Shown piece after piece: positions 62,489 through 64,000 of a stretch of 64,000 nucleotides of DNA. Positions within the stretch are counted from its first letter, which is position 1. Every line of letters begins with the position of its first letter. This DNA comes from Squalus acanthias (taxonomy: Eukaryota). The stretch covers positions 96,348,001-96,412,000 of the forward strand of contig CM059433.1 of the NCBI GenBank assembly GCA_030390025.1, given 5' to 3'. The position numbers and the translations under genes are program-made. Below the pieces are notes generated by a model, which ran no database searches, had not been told where the DNA came from, and saw only the letters and a list, made by a program, of their open reading frames with translations.

Positions 62489-62679
62489 CAACAGAAAACG
62501 CTGGAAAAACTCAGCAGGCCAGGCAGCATCCGTGGAGAGAGAAACAGAGTTAACGTTTCAGGTCGAAGACCTTTCGTCAGAACTGGAAAAAAGCAGGAAA
62601 TGAAATAGATTTAAAGCAAGTTTAGGGCTAGGAAAAGGGGGAGGGGATGAAAGAACAAAAGGAGAGATTAAGAGACATT
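62489..62679 (-). repeat. Hammerhead-bearing repeat (probable Penelope-type pseudo-LTR fragment), apparently continuing at ~63422-63545
   Basis: Same family as 30580-30646 and 46170-46265, here with additional purine-rich flank. Confidence 0.75.
62548..62584 (-). ncRNA. Minimal type I hammerhead ribozyme motif, intact
   Basis: Minus strand AGTT CTGACGA A AGGTC-TTC-GACCT GAAA CG TT AACT: stem I AGTT/AACT, perfect 5-bp stem II, palindrome AACGTT. Confidence 0.75.
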
Positions 62680-63421
62680 GGCCCAGAAATTAAAGACGGA
62701 GCCTTCCTGCGGGGGTAAGGCTTCCCCGCGATATCTCACTGCGCGCCTGCCTTTTCCTTCTGAGCTCACACGAACTTTAGTTTCAAGGCTGCAGCTGTGC
62801 AGTGTGTGCGTATCCCACAGACGCAGTTAATTCGTGTGAGCTCTGGGATCACGTGATTCAGTTAGAGCCAATGGCAGCACACCATCTTTCATTCATAGTT
62901 TTGACAGCAAGGGCTGTCAAAGCTATGAATCTATACCCCCCCAAAAGAACAGCTAAACCTCAATTAAATTTAAAAAAAACCATCACATTAATAAAATAAG
63001 TATAGTTAAATAAATTAACCACTTTAAACAAAAAATTAAATTTTTGAAAAAATTTAAAATCTTTTTAAAAGTTATAAAAATAAACTTACCTTTCTTTAAA
63101 GTCTCTAAAAAAGATAAACCTGTTGAAAAAATTTTAAAATAATACTTAATTAACTACTTACCTTGTTAAAAGAGGGTCTTATGCCTCCTTTCTTTATGTG
63201 CAAAATCTTCCATGCTTACCTGCGCGTTCAAAGCACTAAGTGCACTGCGTGCGCGCAGCCTGTAGTGCGCATGCGGTTCACCTAGGAACCGCCCCCTTTT
63301 GAGTTCACCAAGTGCCGGTTTTCAGCGCATGCGCAGTGCATGCAGAAAACCGGCAATTGGAGACAGAATACGCGAGAGTACACAGTGCGTATTCTCGCAT
63401 ACTAAGACTAATTTTTGGGCC
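62680..63421. mobile_element. Harbinger-type MITE with AT-rich core
   Basis: TIRs GGCCCAGAAATT / AATTTTTGGGCC. Architecture like 48116-48811 in the opposite orientation. Confidence 0.75.
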
Positions 63422-63560
63422 AATGAGAGACATTAAGAGATAATCAAGGCAAGAGGAGGTGGTAATGTGACAGGTTGAGGCTAAATGAAGTGTGAGATGC
63501 ACTGGCAGAATGAAGGACAGCTGCCAAAAGTTGTAGGGCATAAAGGGGCTCTCTCATTCT

Positions 63561-63982
63561 AAAGAAAGAAAGACTTGCATTTATACAGCGCCTATCACAA
63601 CCTCAGCACGTTCCAAAGCACTTTACAGCCAATTAAGTACTTTTTTTTGAAGTGTAGTCACAGTTGTAATGTAGGAAACGCAGCAGCCAATTTGCGCACA
63701 GCAAGATTCCACAAACAGCAATGTAATAATGACCAGATAATCTGTTTTTTAGTGATGTTGATTGAGGGATAAATATTGGCCAGGACACCGAGGATAACTC
63801 CCCTGCTCTTCTTCGAAATAGTGCCATGGGATCTTTTACGTCCACCTGAGAGAGCAGACGGGGCCTCGGTTTAACGTCTCTTCCGAAAGGCGGCACCTCC
63901 AGCAGTGCAGCACTCCCTCAGCACTGCACTGAATTTCAGCCTAGATATTTGTGCACAAGTGTCTGGAGTGGGACTCAAACTC
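63561..63982 (-). mobile_element. tRNA-derived SINE (same family as 57543-57965)
   Basis: Collinear with 57543-57960 along its whole length. Confidence 0.87.
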
Positions 63983-64000
63983 ATAATGATCAACTTGATA

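Overview
Eukaryotic, repeat-dominated genomic DNA, most consistent with a cartilaginous fish (shark). This is inferred from the repeat repertoire, not from a marker gene. No host protein-coding exon was recognised, so the window looks intronic or intergenic. It is a dense stack of transposable elements. PIF/Harbinger DNA transposons are most abundant: three full-length two-gene copies (convergent 3-exon Myb/SANT-like gene plus DDE transposase), one nearly intact at 41081-45510, plus many non-autonomous derivatives and MITEs. There are also several CR1 LINEs, a 5'-truncated Penelope-like element (RT + GIY-YIG), a recently inserted Ty3/Gypsy LTR element, tRNA-derived SINEs, an L1 relic, a pogo/Tigger-like MITE and a hAT-like end. 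The 46.5-61.1 kb block is a four-level nest: CR1 > Harbinger > Gypsy > CR1. Most interesting observations: (1) the Gypsy element has no tRNA primer-binding site but has an 11-nt sequence perfectly complementary to its own LTR, a YLDN RT motif and a duplicated PPT/LTR end; (2) minimal hammerhead-ribozyme motifs occur in the Penelope terminal repeat and in a dispersed non-coding repeat family; (3) a full CRE (TGACGTCA) sits at a nearly fixed distance from the end of several divergent Harbinger families. All coordinates were read by eye and may be off by a few bases.
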